Below are positions 18,749-27,535 of a DNA stretch of 64,000 nt, in pieces. Position numbers and translations under genes: made by a program. Source of the stretch: Candidatus Woesearchaeota archaeon (GTDB lineage Archaea > Nanobdellota > Nanobdellia > Woesearchaeales > ARS49); the NCBI GenBank assembly GCA_016203305.1, contig JACQMY010000036.1:1886-65885 (forward strand), given 5' to 3'. Numbering within the stretch: position 1 is the first letter of the stretch; each line of letters begins with the position of its first letter. The notes under the pieces are model-generated. The model saw only the letters and a list, made by a program, of their open reading frames with translations, was not told the DNA's origin and made no database searches.

Positions 18749-20359
18749 CTAGATTTTCAAAGGTTTGTTTTCAGCATAGTTAATTCCAGATTCTCTGTAA
18801 AACTCTCTAGTAGTTTCGGGGTCGCCATTAAGTTTTTTGAATGATTCTCTTACATGGGCAATTTTTTCTCTTATATCTTTATCAGGAATTTCGCCGAAAC
18901 TATTTGGATTATCATTGTGTCCGTTAATAAGGGGTTCTTGGTAAGTGTGAACAACTACTCTTTTTCTTCCATTAAATTCTACTTTTGGAATGAAGTATGT
19001 TACTATTTGAGTTCGCGTATCAATTTCTTTATCGGCAGTAAAATGGGGGTAAGCAGTTAAGTACAGATTCCCCTGTTCGTGAAGAATGTTATAAGCCTGC
19101 CATCGTTCATGATCAGAATGATGCTCATGTTGATCTAAAAATCCGATTACTTTTGTAACCGTTTCAATCGGAACTGTTAAGTCTGAATGTGATGGAGAGT
19201 GCATATCAACAATCATTTTGTAAGGAATTACACCTAAACCATAAGCAAGTTTTGATATTCTTCTCAATTTTTCAATGCTCCATGCCATGTCATCTCTTTG
19301 AAAATTGATTCCTTCCTGTAAGGGCATTTGAAGATGGATTGTAATTCCGGCGCTTTCAAGTTTATCTACTGCCATTCTTGCTTCTGGTGCTGATAGTTGA
19401 TAGTCGTCTGTAACATGAGCATTGATGTAGACTTGCTTACCTGTTTCACTTTCAAAATCTTGTAACATTTGCACAAATTCATGATCTATTCTATACCACA
19501 TTCCCTGAAAGACAGAAGACGTGCACATCCTAACAACTTTTACGTGCTCTGCTTGTGTATATTGCTCAAGAATCTTTTTAAGAGCAGAATTTGAAAATAA
19601 GGTTGGCTCTCCGCCACTTATGACAATAGTGTCCACTTCTTGATTTTGATTGAGCCATTGCGTAAGGAGTTCTGCTTGTCTTTCTGCGCGTTCTTCTTGA
19701 AGATTAAGTTGTTTTTTAATTTGTGCATATTCAGGATAAACTTCAGCAAGGGCAGATAATGCGGTTCTTACCATTGAGCCCTTGTAACAACCATCACACC
19801 CAATATGGCAGGCCTCAGTAATATTTGCTAAAACTGCGTAGCTAAATTTTCTTGTCGCCAGATAAGTTTCATTTTCATTGCCATCAATAGCAACAACTCT
19901 ATCCATTCCTCTGAAAATTCCATAAGGATCCATACTGTGCCTCCAATTTCCAGAGAATTTGTCTGAGCGAGATGGAATGTATTTTTTTAAGGTGGTATCG
20001 CCCATTACTGCATTATACGGTAAAATACTCATTACTCTTCCAACTTTAACTGCCGCTTCTGCTGCTTCTACATATTGTTCTAAACCGAGAAGTCTTAGGT
20101 GCTCTGATTTTGTCGCTCTAAAGAGTAATTGAAATCTTTGCGAAGCCCAAAGTTGTTCGGGAGATAACCGTAGTTGTTGGCTAACAACATCAAGAATAGA
20201 GTCTAATGTTTGGTTTTCTTTGCTTGTTCCTAAGTATCTTTCTCTTGCTTGATTGAAGAAGTCTCTAGCAGAATGTCCTCCTAGTTCTTGCTCTAAGTTT
20301 CCTAAATTCAATTCTGATTCTACCATTTTCCATCGTGGAGTAGTGTTATGTTTATTCAT
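18749..20359 (-). CDS. radical SAM protein of the KamA family (lysine 2,3-aminomutase-like)
   Basis: 'CHIGCDGC' (CxxxCxxC). 'IVISGGEPTL' (KamA 'SGGDPL'-like). 'LESAGITIHLQMPLQEGINF' resembles the KamA AG(I/V)...NQ.VLL.GVND block. Has a long N-terminal extension. Confidence 0.6.
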   Translation of the reverse strand: MNKHNTTPRWKMVESELNLGNLEQELGGHSARDFFNQARERYLGTSKENQTLDSILDVVSQQLRLSPEQLWASQRFQLLFRATKSEHLRLLGLEQYVEAAEAAVKVGRVMSILPYNAVMGDTTLKKYIPSRSDKFSGNWRHSMDPYGIFRGMDRVVAIDGNENETYLATRKFSYAVLANITEACHIGCDGCYKGSMVRTALSALAEVYPEYAQIKKQLNLQEERAERQAELLTQWLNQNQEVDTIVISGGEPTLFSNSALKKILEQYTQAEHVKVVRMCTSSVFQGMWYRIDHEFVQMLQDFESETGKQVYINAHVTDDYQLSAPEARMAVDKLESAGITIHLQMPLQEGINFQRDDMAWSIEKLRRISKLAYGLGVIPYKMIVDMHSPSHSDLTVPIETVTKVIGFLDQHEHHSDHERWQAYNILHEQGNLYLTAYPHFTADKEIDTRTQIVTYFIPKVEFNGRKRVVVHTYQEPLINGHNDNPNSFGEIPDKDIREKIAHVRESFKKLNGDPETTREFYRESGINYAENKPLKI

Positions 20360-20433
20360 ATTTAAAGAGTTGTAGTCTTAATTGAGATGACAAAAGAGAA
20401 AAGTTTAAAAGGAATAGTTAATCCAATATTAGT

Positions 20434-21171
20434 ATGGCTGAACTTGAGGTGCTTGAGGAATTAGGGCTTTCCGAAGCAGAGGCAAAAGTCTATCTCGCTT
20501 TGTTAGAAACAGGATCCACGCTTGCAGGCACGATTATCAAAAAGACGGGCTTGCACCGAGGCACCACTTATCAAATCCTCCAAAGACTGAAAGAAAAGGG
20601 GCTTGTGTCATCGGTAATAAAAGGTAAAAAGCAATACTTTGAGCCAGTAAGTCCTGAAAGGCTCATGGACATCCTAAAGGAAAAACAGGAAAGACTGCAA
20701 GAATTCCTCCCAATTCTAAAAGCGCGCACAGAATTCAGTAAAGACAAACAAGACGTCACCGTGTATTCTGGGATCAGAGGTATTCGATCTGTGCTTGATA
20801 AAATGCTTGAAGAACTCGGTCCGCATGGGGAATATTATGATTTTGGAGTTTCTGGACTATTTCGCAACGTTATAGGTCCGTATTGGGATCTTTGGCAGAA
20901 ACGCAAAAGAAAAAACAACATAAAATCTCACGTTATTTTCAATGAAGAACTCAAAAGAACAAATCCAAAACTCTTGCAAGAGTACTATGGCAAAGCTCGC
21001 TTTCACCCAAAAGAATACGCAAGCATGACCGATACTATGATCTACAAAGATACGGTGATTATGTTCATTTGGACTGCTAAGCCTCCGATAGCAGTCATCA
21101 TTAAAAACAAAGAGAATGCGGAAAGCTACAAAAACCAATTCAGACTGATGTGGAGGTTTGCCAAACCCTAA
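20434..21171 (+). CDS. TrmB-family transcriptional regulator
   Basis: N-terminal 'LGLSEAEAKVYLALLETGSTLAGTI' wHTH typical of TrmB. Confidence 0.65.
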   Translation: MAELEVLEELGLSEAEAKVYLALLETGSTLAGTIIKKTGLHRGTTYQILQRLKEKGLVSSVIKGKKQYFEPVSPERLMDILKEKQERLQEFLPILKARTEFSKDKQDVTVYSGIRGIRSVLDKMLEELGPHGEYYDFGVSGLFRNVIGPYWDLWQKRKRKNNIKSHVIFNEELKRTNPKLLQEYYGKARFHPKEYASMTDTMIYKDTVIMFIWTAKPPIAVIIKNKENAESYKNQFRLMWRFAKP

Positions 21172-21280
21172 GACTCCCCCTGCTTAATTGCACAGTCTGA
21201 AAAGAGCCGTTTCTTGTGCGGTTTACGTGAGAGGATTAGGGTTCATTAATTATATAAACACGTATGTGTTATGGTAGAAT

Positions 21281-21637
21281 ATGGACAAGCTAACAATCGT
21301 AGGAAGAACAAATTGGGAGGGTGGTTTCTATGTCAAATTAAAATCTGAAGAAAAAGTTATGAAAATCATCAAGAAAATTGTTGAAGATCTCGACTCTGAC
21401 TATTTTGTGGATAATCAAGTAATACCAAAAGCATTTTCAAATTATTCTAAATGGAAAGACCAATGGATTCCAATAGTACAAAAGAATTTAAGAATTGATA
21501 TAATTTGTGGAGACAAAATGATCCACCTGATAGTGCACCGATATCCAAGCATTGAATTTGTGAACACTATTCTTGACAAGTACTGCAATTGGGCACAAGT
21601 AAGATACAAAAAGGGACTTGGTCAAGCAAGCAAATGA
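21281..21637 (+). CDS. hypothetical protein
   Basis: ORF track only. Confidence 0.35.
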   Translation: MDKLTIVGRTNWEGGFYVKLKSEEKVMKIIKKIVEDLDSDYFVDNQVIPKAFSNYSKWKDQWIPIVQKNLRIDIICGDKMIHLIVHRYPSIEFVNTILDKYCNWAQVRYKKGLGQASK

Positions 21638-21678
21638 TTTGAACATCCTTTTCGAACCGTCCGTTTGAGCAGAATTTG

Positions 21679-22473
21679 TTAGCGGGTTTCGGTTATTGCT
21701 TTGACTTTATTCACGAACTGCGTAAGCATTTCTGCGGAATCTGACATGCCGCATGCTTCGAGATCTTGGAAGAAATTTTCAGGGGCCAGGAATCTCTTGC
21801 CTTGAGCGGCTGCAACCACCTTAAAATCATCATATCCATATTTGTAAACCAACGGAATCCTGTTAATTGCAGCTATGGCTTTAGAGCAACACCAAAGCGC
21901 ATCAAATTTGAGTAGTGCGGCAGTGAACTTTGCCCGTCCTTTCGTTGCCTTTTGGCATTTATCAGCATTCCATAATGCAAGACCTATCGAATCTTGGATG
22001 AGCTTTTTGGTCGCCCAATCGGGAAACTCTTTCTTTTGAAGATCAGCGACTATTCCTGTTGGGTCGTACAGTACCTTTGCAACCTTCAGGAATTCGAGTT
22101 GTTGATCGATAACCGGATAATGGAGATTTTCCTTGAACGCATGAAGCAAAAATGCAACATTAACAAAACCCAACGTGACATCTATCCCTTCCGGTGTTTT
22201 GAATCCTTTGCCACCAAGAACGAAGTGGCGTTCAAGTTCAGGAAAAATTCTTGCTTCAGACACGGATTGTAATGGGAAATCTTTAGTCAATCGGTTAATG
22301 AGATCAGGAGTTGGGTCTTGTTCCAACTGAACTCCAAAATCATAATCGCTTGTTGAGACAGCAGTTCCTTTAGCACGACTGCCGCCTAAAATAACCGCGG
22401 TGATCTCTTTATGATCTCTTGCCCAATCTATAACTATTCCCGATATATCCATCAAGAGGTTAAATTTAGGCAT
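21679..22473 (-). CDS. Pol-beta superfamily nucleotidyltransferase with a C-terminal helical domain (ANT/LinB-like)
   Basis: 'LGGSRAKGTAVSTSDYDFGV' (GS-x9-DxD) followed by a helical domain of about 150 aa. Confidence 0.6.
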   Translation of the reverse strand: MPKFNLLMDISGIVIDWARDHKEITAVILGGSRAKGTAVSTSDYDFGVQLEQDPTPDLINRLTKDFPLQSVSEARIFPELERHFVLGGKGFKTPEGIDVTLGFVNVAFLLHAFKENLHYPVIDQQLEFLKVAKVLYDPTGIVADLQKKEFPDWATKKLIQDSIGLALWNADKCQKATKGRAKFTAALLKFDALWCCSKAIAAINRIPLVYKYGYDDFKVVAAAQGKRFLAPENFFQDLEACGMSDSAEMLTQFVNKVKAITETR

Positions 22474-22556
22474 GTTACTTAAACTTTTTGCTAGCTCTCG
22501 TGGATGAGAGTCTTTGAGTGAAAAGCTTAATAAGCAGCTTATTCTAAGGGCAAATT

Positions 22557-23420
22557 ATGGGGGATGTTGATATTAGAACTCTTCAAAGAGCAATCGAAGG
22601 TAGTCCGAATGATTTTATTGTGCATCAACAATTAGAAAATGCACTGCGACGTAAGTATGGTGGCTTAGTTGCAGAACAAGATGTTTTGGGTTTTGTCTCT
22701 GATTTCAATGCGCGTATGTTTTACATTGTTGAAACCGAGTCGAGTTACATTATTTTTAACGTTCTCAACATAAGGAATTCACAAGGACACGGACCTTCCA
22801 CTAATGTAACAGTGCAGTGGAGCAAAGGGCTACTTGAAAATGGACATCGCTACTCACAGGATGCTTGGCAAGCGCGTCTGAAAAAGATTGGTTGGGAACT
22901 GCCCGACTCACAATTATGGTTTCACACACTAAGCTCGCTTTACTTATTTCACCGTGGACAACAGGCAGCACTAATCAAAAACATTCGAGATATTTTTCAG
23001 ATATTCATGAAGGTGGGGGCGATGACAGGTTCGCGTGTAACTTCTCAAAGGCTTCCAAACTCCTTCACGCGTTTTAGAGACATCTTTCAGCATAGATATG
23101 ACACAGAATATGAATATTCAATCACCATAGAAGAGACTCATCCTGAAACTAGCGCGCAATTACAATCAGAACGCATTTGGCAAATCACCCGCGAGCAACT
23201 TGAGCTCGTAGCAGGTGCTCTTTTAGGAACAGATCTAAAAACGAAAGAAGAAGTAAAAAAATGGTTCGGCACCGATCTACTAGGGAGAGATCCATTTCCA
23301 TATGATAATCCATCTGAACTTACGACTCGCAATATCATAATAGACAATCTTAACGGTGCAAACTTTAAGAGCGATATAGCACTTGACAAACCCGCTTTTG
23401 GCATCCGATTCTTTCGTTGA
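22557..23420 (+). CDS. hypothetical protein
   Basis: ORF track only. Confidence 0.4.
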   Translation: MGDVDIRTLQRAIEGSPNDFIVHQQLENALRRKYGGLVAEQDVLGFVSDFNARMFYIVETESSYIIFNVLNIRNSQGHGPSTNVTVQWSKGLLENGHRYSQDAWQARLKKIGWELPDSQLWFHTLSSLYLFHRGQQAALIKNIRDIFQIFMKVGAMTGSRVTSQRLPNSFTRFRDIFQHRYDTEYEYSITIEETHPETSAQLQSERIWQITREQLELVAGALLGTDLKTKEEVKKWFGTDLLGRDPFPYDNPSELTTRNIIIDNLNGANFKSDIALDKPAFGIRFFR

Positions 23421-24135
23421 AGCCCCTACATAATTCTTCACCATTTAGGAGGGAGTTTGTCTTGCTCTTCTGTGTGCTCGTTTGAATGTTTTTTGGACTA
23501 TTGATTTTTGTCATGGCCTGTTTTAATTTAGGGCATACTGAATGAGCCGTAGGGTATACGGGTTTCGACTTCTCGTCGATATTTTTAGTATGGCCTACGG
23601 TTGTTGTATTAAGGGGAGGGTATCCGCCAGGGGGAGTGCTTTTTGAGGTGCCATTGGATGTGTTTGCATAGGATAGCTGGTATGCGTGGTTGAATGATGG
23701 CGTGGTATGAACGCTCACAGGCATTGATGGGTGAAGGGAGCGGGGTGCTTGCGTCAGGAGAGGAGAATGCGGGAGGGATATGGCGCAGGATTGTTTGCAG
23801 TGACTGTTGGATGTGAGGAAGACGCATCGGTGTTGGAGTTGGACGATCAAGAGGTATCTTTTGAAGGAGGTGGTCAAAGTGATAGTGGTAGACCAAAGCT
23901 GCTCAAATCGTGCACTTCGTAGTATGTCCTTGAAGAAGCAATAAAGAAAAAGATGAATAATACACGCGCACCGATACTACAAACCCATTCGCACATAAAC
24001 CATGTGCACCTCAAAACCTGTCCATGGTCGATAAACAGCCGCTTGCACACCAAGAATGATCGTGTCGAGGTATGTTGCCTCCCTATGGGAGGCACTCTTA
24101 CCCCCTTTCCCGCGCGCGCATGCGGGAGAGAGGCT

Positions 24136-25395
24136 TTACTTCTTGAGCAGTCGTTCAGCAAGTCCCTTCTTCATGACCTTCTCAACGAGCAGCTTCTGAA
24201 CCTCTGGGTCTTTGACAAGCTCGCTCATCAGGTCGTCTGCGTTCTTACGGTTCTCTTCAAGCTCGATAGCAGCTTTGGTATCAAGCGGCAAGCTGCAACC
24301 ACCGCAGAATTTGAAGTTTGGAGGGTTAATCTCTTTGCAGCGAGGGCATCGTTTGGCTTTAGAACTCTCATTATCTGGTTTTTCTTCCTGCAAGCCATGA
24401 AGTTTGAGTAAAGCATCATCGACGTCCCTGCCGCTCATATGGACGTATACGGCGGCCATGTCTGAGCTTTGCGTCCAGCCAAACATTTCTTTCAATTGTG
24501 CTTCTGTGAGTTTGCTTGCCAATATGGTGGCGCGGGAATGTCTGAAATTGTGCGGGTTCACTTTTTTCTTTATTCCTGCCTTGTCCGCTGCCCGTTGGAT
24601 GGCTTTCATTATAGTGTGGTGTTTGAGTTCGTATGACCATTTGAATTTGTAACCGTCTAATTTGCCGCTTTTTGCAACATTTTTGGTTGTGCCAATCACT
24701 ACCCATAATGCCGCGTTTGGATCGTCTTTGTCAGGATGCTCTGAAAGCCAACGGGATAGATACTGTGAGTACATAATCATGCGCACACGACGCATGCCAG
24801 TCTTGCCATTCACTAAAATAACTGCGCCGTATTTGTCAAAAGAAACGTGCTTCAAACGCAGAGACGCAAGTTCTCCCACGCGACAGCCAGTTTCGAAAAG
24901 GGTGGAGATGAGCGCTTTGTCGCGGATGTGGTCTGCTGAAGAAATCAGCTTTTCAACGTCTTCTTGGGAAAGTAAATCTTCAGGAAGGCGTTCCCTGTCG
25001 GACTTCATTGAGGTTTTGATCCATGCGACGTCTTCGGGGTAGCCCTCTTTTCCTTCCCAACCTTTGACATGTTTGTAGAACCTTTTGAACGAACCAAGAT
25101 AATCAATTCGAGTGTGTTCGGTGTATCCTTTTGCGTTCACTGCTTTGACAATTTGTTCAATATCTTTTCTTGTGAGTTGAGCAAAGTCGTTTTTTGTTAA
25201 TTGTGCGATTTGGTATAATCGTTCCAAGTAAAATAGAATGCGGGGTTTGGTCAAACCTTGAAGTTCTATGAATTCAATGAAGCTAAGAATTGCTTTTTTG
25301 TTTTTTGCGGGAATGTCGCTGTTGTTTAATCGCGTAATGGCTTGTGAGATTTGTTTGTCGTAGTTGTAGATGTCAATTTTCGCGCTTGCCATCAA
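24136..25395 (-). CDS. tyrosine recombinase/integrase with a C-terminal zinc ribbon
   Basis: Catalytic R...HxxR...Y signature ('HNFRHSRAT', 'AAVYVHMSGRD'). C-terminal 'RCPRCKEIN...CGGC'. Adjacent to tRNA-Gly. Confidence 0.85.
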   Translation of the reverse strand: MMASAKIDIYNYDKQISQAITRLNNSDIPAKNKKAILSFIEFIELQGLTKPRILFYLERLYQIAQLTKNDFAQLTRKDIEQIVKAVNAKGYTEHTRIDYLGSFKRFYKHVKGWEGKEGYPEDVAWIKTSMKSDRERLPEDLLSQEDVEKLISSADHIRDKALISTLFETGCRVGELASLRLKHVSFDKYGAVILVNGKTGMRRVRMIMYSQYLSRWLSEHPDKDDPNAALWVVIGTTKNVAKSGKLDGYKFKWSYELKHHTIMKAIQRAADKAGIKKKVNPHNFRHSRATILASKLTEAQLKEMFGWTQSSDMAAVYVHMSGRDVDDALLKLHGLQEEKPDNESSKAKRCPRCKEINPPNFKFCGGCSLPLDTKAAIELEENRKNADDLMSELVKDPEVQKLLVEKVMKKGLAERLLKK

Positions 25396-25454
25396 ATGTA
25401 GAGAAGTGCCCTTTACTTAAATACTTTTCGTTATATCTTAACCCTTAGGTTAAA

Positions 25455-25538
25455 TGCGCCGTCCGAGATTCGAACTCGGGCTACAGCCTCATTGCTTTGC
25501 AATGGCAAGGCAGCGTACTACCGCTATACTAACGGCGC
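25455..25538 (-). tRNA. tRNA-Gly (anticodon GCC) with a 13-nt intron at the canonical 37/38 position
   Basis: Manual fold: acceptor GCGCCGT/ACGGCGC, anticodon stem CTGCC/GGCTG (one U-U mismatch), loop TTGCCA|intron TTGCAAAGCAATG|A, T-arm CCGAG-TTCGAAT-CTCGG. Confidence 0.7.
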
Positions 25539-25822
25539 GAATACAGTGGCAAGAACGCAGTCTGTTTAAAAAGGTTACGAGCGCGAGTGCTCGTCAGCGG
25601 CAAACGCTGCACAACATGGAAACCGCCAACGTTACCTTTGGGCCAATAGCAGAACGCATCAACAATGGAAAAATAGTGCGTTCTGCTAATATAGCAAATC
25701 TCACAAAATCCCTTCCAAAATTAATGAGATTTGCTATAAGCTCGCGGTTAAGAGTATGCAAACTCGAGGTCGATGGTTTGACGTAGAAATGTTAATATAC
25801 TTATGCTGCAGTATTCAGGCAG

Positions 25823-26467
25823 ATGTCTGCGAAAACTGAGGTGATTCTCCCAGAAAAATTTCTGGACATATGTTCTCACGATTTCTTAAACGGCATCGTT
25901 CCTATGCTCGCAGCTACTGATATCCTGAAGAAACAAAAGCTCGGAAAACATCAAAAACGCATGATTAACCTAATTCGGGGCAGTGTTCAGACGCTTCACG
26001 AACTCATTAACATTTTTTTTGATGCTGAGCGCATGACCTATGGTTTGAAGACGTTAAAACTTTCGCGGGTGCAAGCAAATAAGGTGGCATCTGCCGCGAT
26101 TCACGATGCAAAGGCGTTTTCAAGCCAGAAAAAAGTACGTTTAAAAAAATCAGTCCCAAAACGGTTTTTTTTAATTGCTGATGAAACTTATCTTGCTAAA
26201 GCGCTCAGTTATGCTTTGAAAAGCGCCATTATGATTGCTCCGGAACGCGGAACAGTGCATATACGCGCACATCAATCAGGCAAGTATGTTGCGCTAAGCA
26301 TCAGCGGGGCGCGCATGGAAACTATAAAGTCATTGTTCAACATGGAGCCTGAAACGCTAAGGCGGTGCAAGGACGCCTCATTGTATGTGGCGAAAAACAT
26401 AATTAAGCTCCATGGGGGAAAGGTGAAAACTGCAAAGGACACTATAACGTTTTTCCTGCGCGCTTAG
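25823..26467 (+). CDS. minimal histidine kinase-like protein (H-box plus HATPase_c, no sensor domain)
   Basis: 'ICSHDFLNGIVPML' H-box. C-terminal 'LYVAKNIIKLHGGKV' G-box-like. Confidence 0.5.
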   Translation: MSAKTEVILPEKFLDICSHDFLNGIVPMLAATDILKKQKLGKHQKRMINLIRGSVQTLHELINIFFDAERMTYGLKTLKLSRVQANKVASAAIHDAKAFSSQKKVRLKKSVPKRFFLIADETYLAKALSYALKSAIMIAPERGTVHIRAHQSGKYVALSISGARMETIKSLFNMEPETLRRCKDASLYVAKNIIKLHGGKVKTAKDTITFFLRA

Positions 26468-26928
26468 TATTCCTTTGTCTCTCCATACACTTTACCAACG
26501 ACCACCCTGCCTGTTGAGACATCAAACCATATGCTTCGCCCCTGGCTACCGCCAACATCTTCCGCCACGATTCGTATGTTTTCAGCATGGAGCTTTTTTC
26601 TGACCGACTTGACATTGTCATTACCAATAGAGTTTTGAATGGTGGGAAACATAGAAGCGCCTCCAAATATTTTCGCAATTATGCTCTTGCAACCACGGGA
26701 TCGCATTTGTTTAACTATGGCATCGAGAGCAGCATAAACGAACCTGAGCGGGTTTTTCTCATGGCTGCTTTTTCGACCAGGGAGGAGTATGTGAGCCAGA
26801 CCCCCGATCTTTTTTCCGGCGTCATAGAGGCATACGACCACGCAGCTTCCCACACCGACGGATTCAAGGATGGCGTTGCCTCCAGCGACTCTGCATTCGG
26901 CGATGTTCACACTGATTTTTTCAGACAT
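26464..26928 (-). CDS. cheD: chemoreceptor glutamine deamidase CheD
   Basis: 'GVGSCVVVCLYD...GGLAHILLP' CheD signature. Start trimmed to the internal Met, giving a minimal overlap with cheC. Confidence 0.8.
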   Translation of the reverse strand: MSEKISVNIAECRVAGGNAILESVGVGSCVVVCLYDAGKKIGGLAHILLPGRKSSHEKNPLRFVYAALDAIVKQMRSRGCKSIIAKIFGGASMFPTIQNSIGNDNVKSVRKKLHAENIRIVAEDVGGSQGRSIWFDVSTGRVVVGKVYGETKEY

Positions 26929-27535
26929 GGGGCGTTCGAACCTTTTCGCGCAAGGAATAATAGAAAGAATCATCGAATAGAACGATCATGTGGAACCGCG
27001 TTTTTTCGTTCCCCATGGAAAAGTCAGTTTTGAAAACGAAAATTCCTTCTGCTCTTGTAGCAAGTTGGGCCAACAGCGTATCAAGAGTTGAACTCAAGCG
27101 ATCGATGCTGATGTCGGGAATGGATTCTATCAGGCGCAACCCGAGGGCCTGCGAAATGAAATCCAGACTCGAGCCGCTCAGGATATTGCCGGTCTCTTTC
27201 AACAGGTCTTTGCGCAGATCATCAAGGTCGTTTCTCTTCTCATGAAGAACTATGTTGGTGAAGGTTAACGCGTCGGCGATAGTTGAGATTAATAGGAAGC
27301 TTCCCACGCGTGCAGGTTTTTTCTTGATAAGCCTGTCAATCCCAAGATAAACCGTCGCCATGACAAGCTCTGGAGAAATATTCTTGGGCATATCTTCAAT
27401 GCGACACCAGCTGAACGACGTTTTAGTTATGACAATCTTTTTCTTAGCGAGTTCGGATAATGCTCTCGCTGCTTGTCGAGCGCTTCCAGATAAGACGCTC
27501 TTCAATGTATCACTCTCTTTTTTCGTCAGTTTCAT
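26921..27535 (-). CDS. cheC: CheY-P phosphatase CheC
   Basis: Two 'E.GN...S' motifs ('ETGNILSGSSL'). Confidence 0.8.
   Translation of the reverse strand: MKLTKKESDTLKSVLSGSARQAARALSELAKKKIVITKTSFSWCRIEDMPKNISPELVMATVYLGIDRLIKKKPARVGSFLLISTIADALTFTNIVLHEKRNDLDDLRKDLLKETGNILSGSSLDFISQALGLRLIESIPDISIDRLSSTLDTLLAQLATRAEGIFVFKTDFSMGNEKTRFHMIVLFDDSFYYSLREKVRTPHV

Larger units (their letters stand above)
13744..25465. mobile_element. putative integrated element (about 11.7 kb) in the tRNA-Gly 3' end
   Basis: Exact 12-bp direct repeat ATGCGCCGTCCG at 13744-13755 and 25454-25465; the right copy is the tRNA-Gly 3' end. Tyrosine integrase gene sits at the tRNA-proximal end. Cargo is enriched in toxin-antitoxin and defence-like genes. 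Confidence 0.5.

Noticed and set aside
23365-23896. ORFs 23365..23877 (-) and 23609..23896 (-) in the G-rich segment.
   Set aside because: Pro/Ser/Thr-rich low-complexity products caused by the C-rich minus strand. The first also overlaps the 3' end of the 287-aa gene. No start context or motif. Treated as noncoding.
25454-25786. 110-aa plus-strand ORF starting on top of tRNA-Gly.
   Set aside because: Overlaps the tRNA gene on the opposite strand. No motif. Likely spurious.
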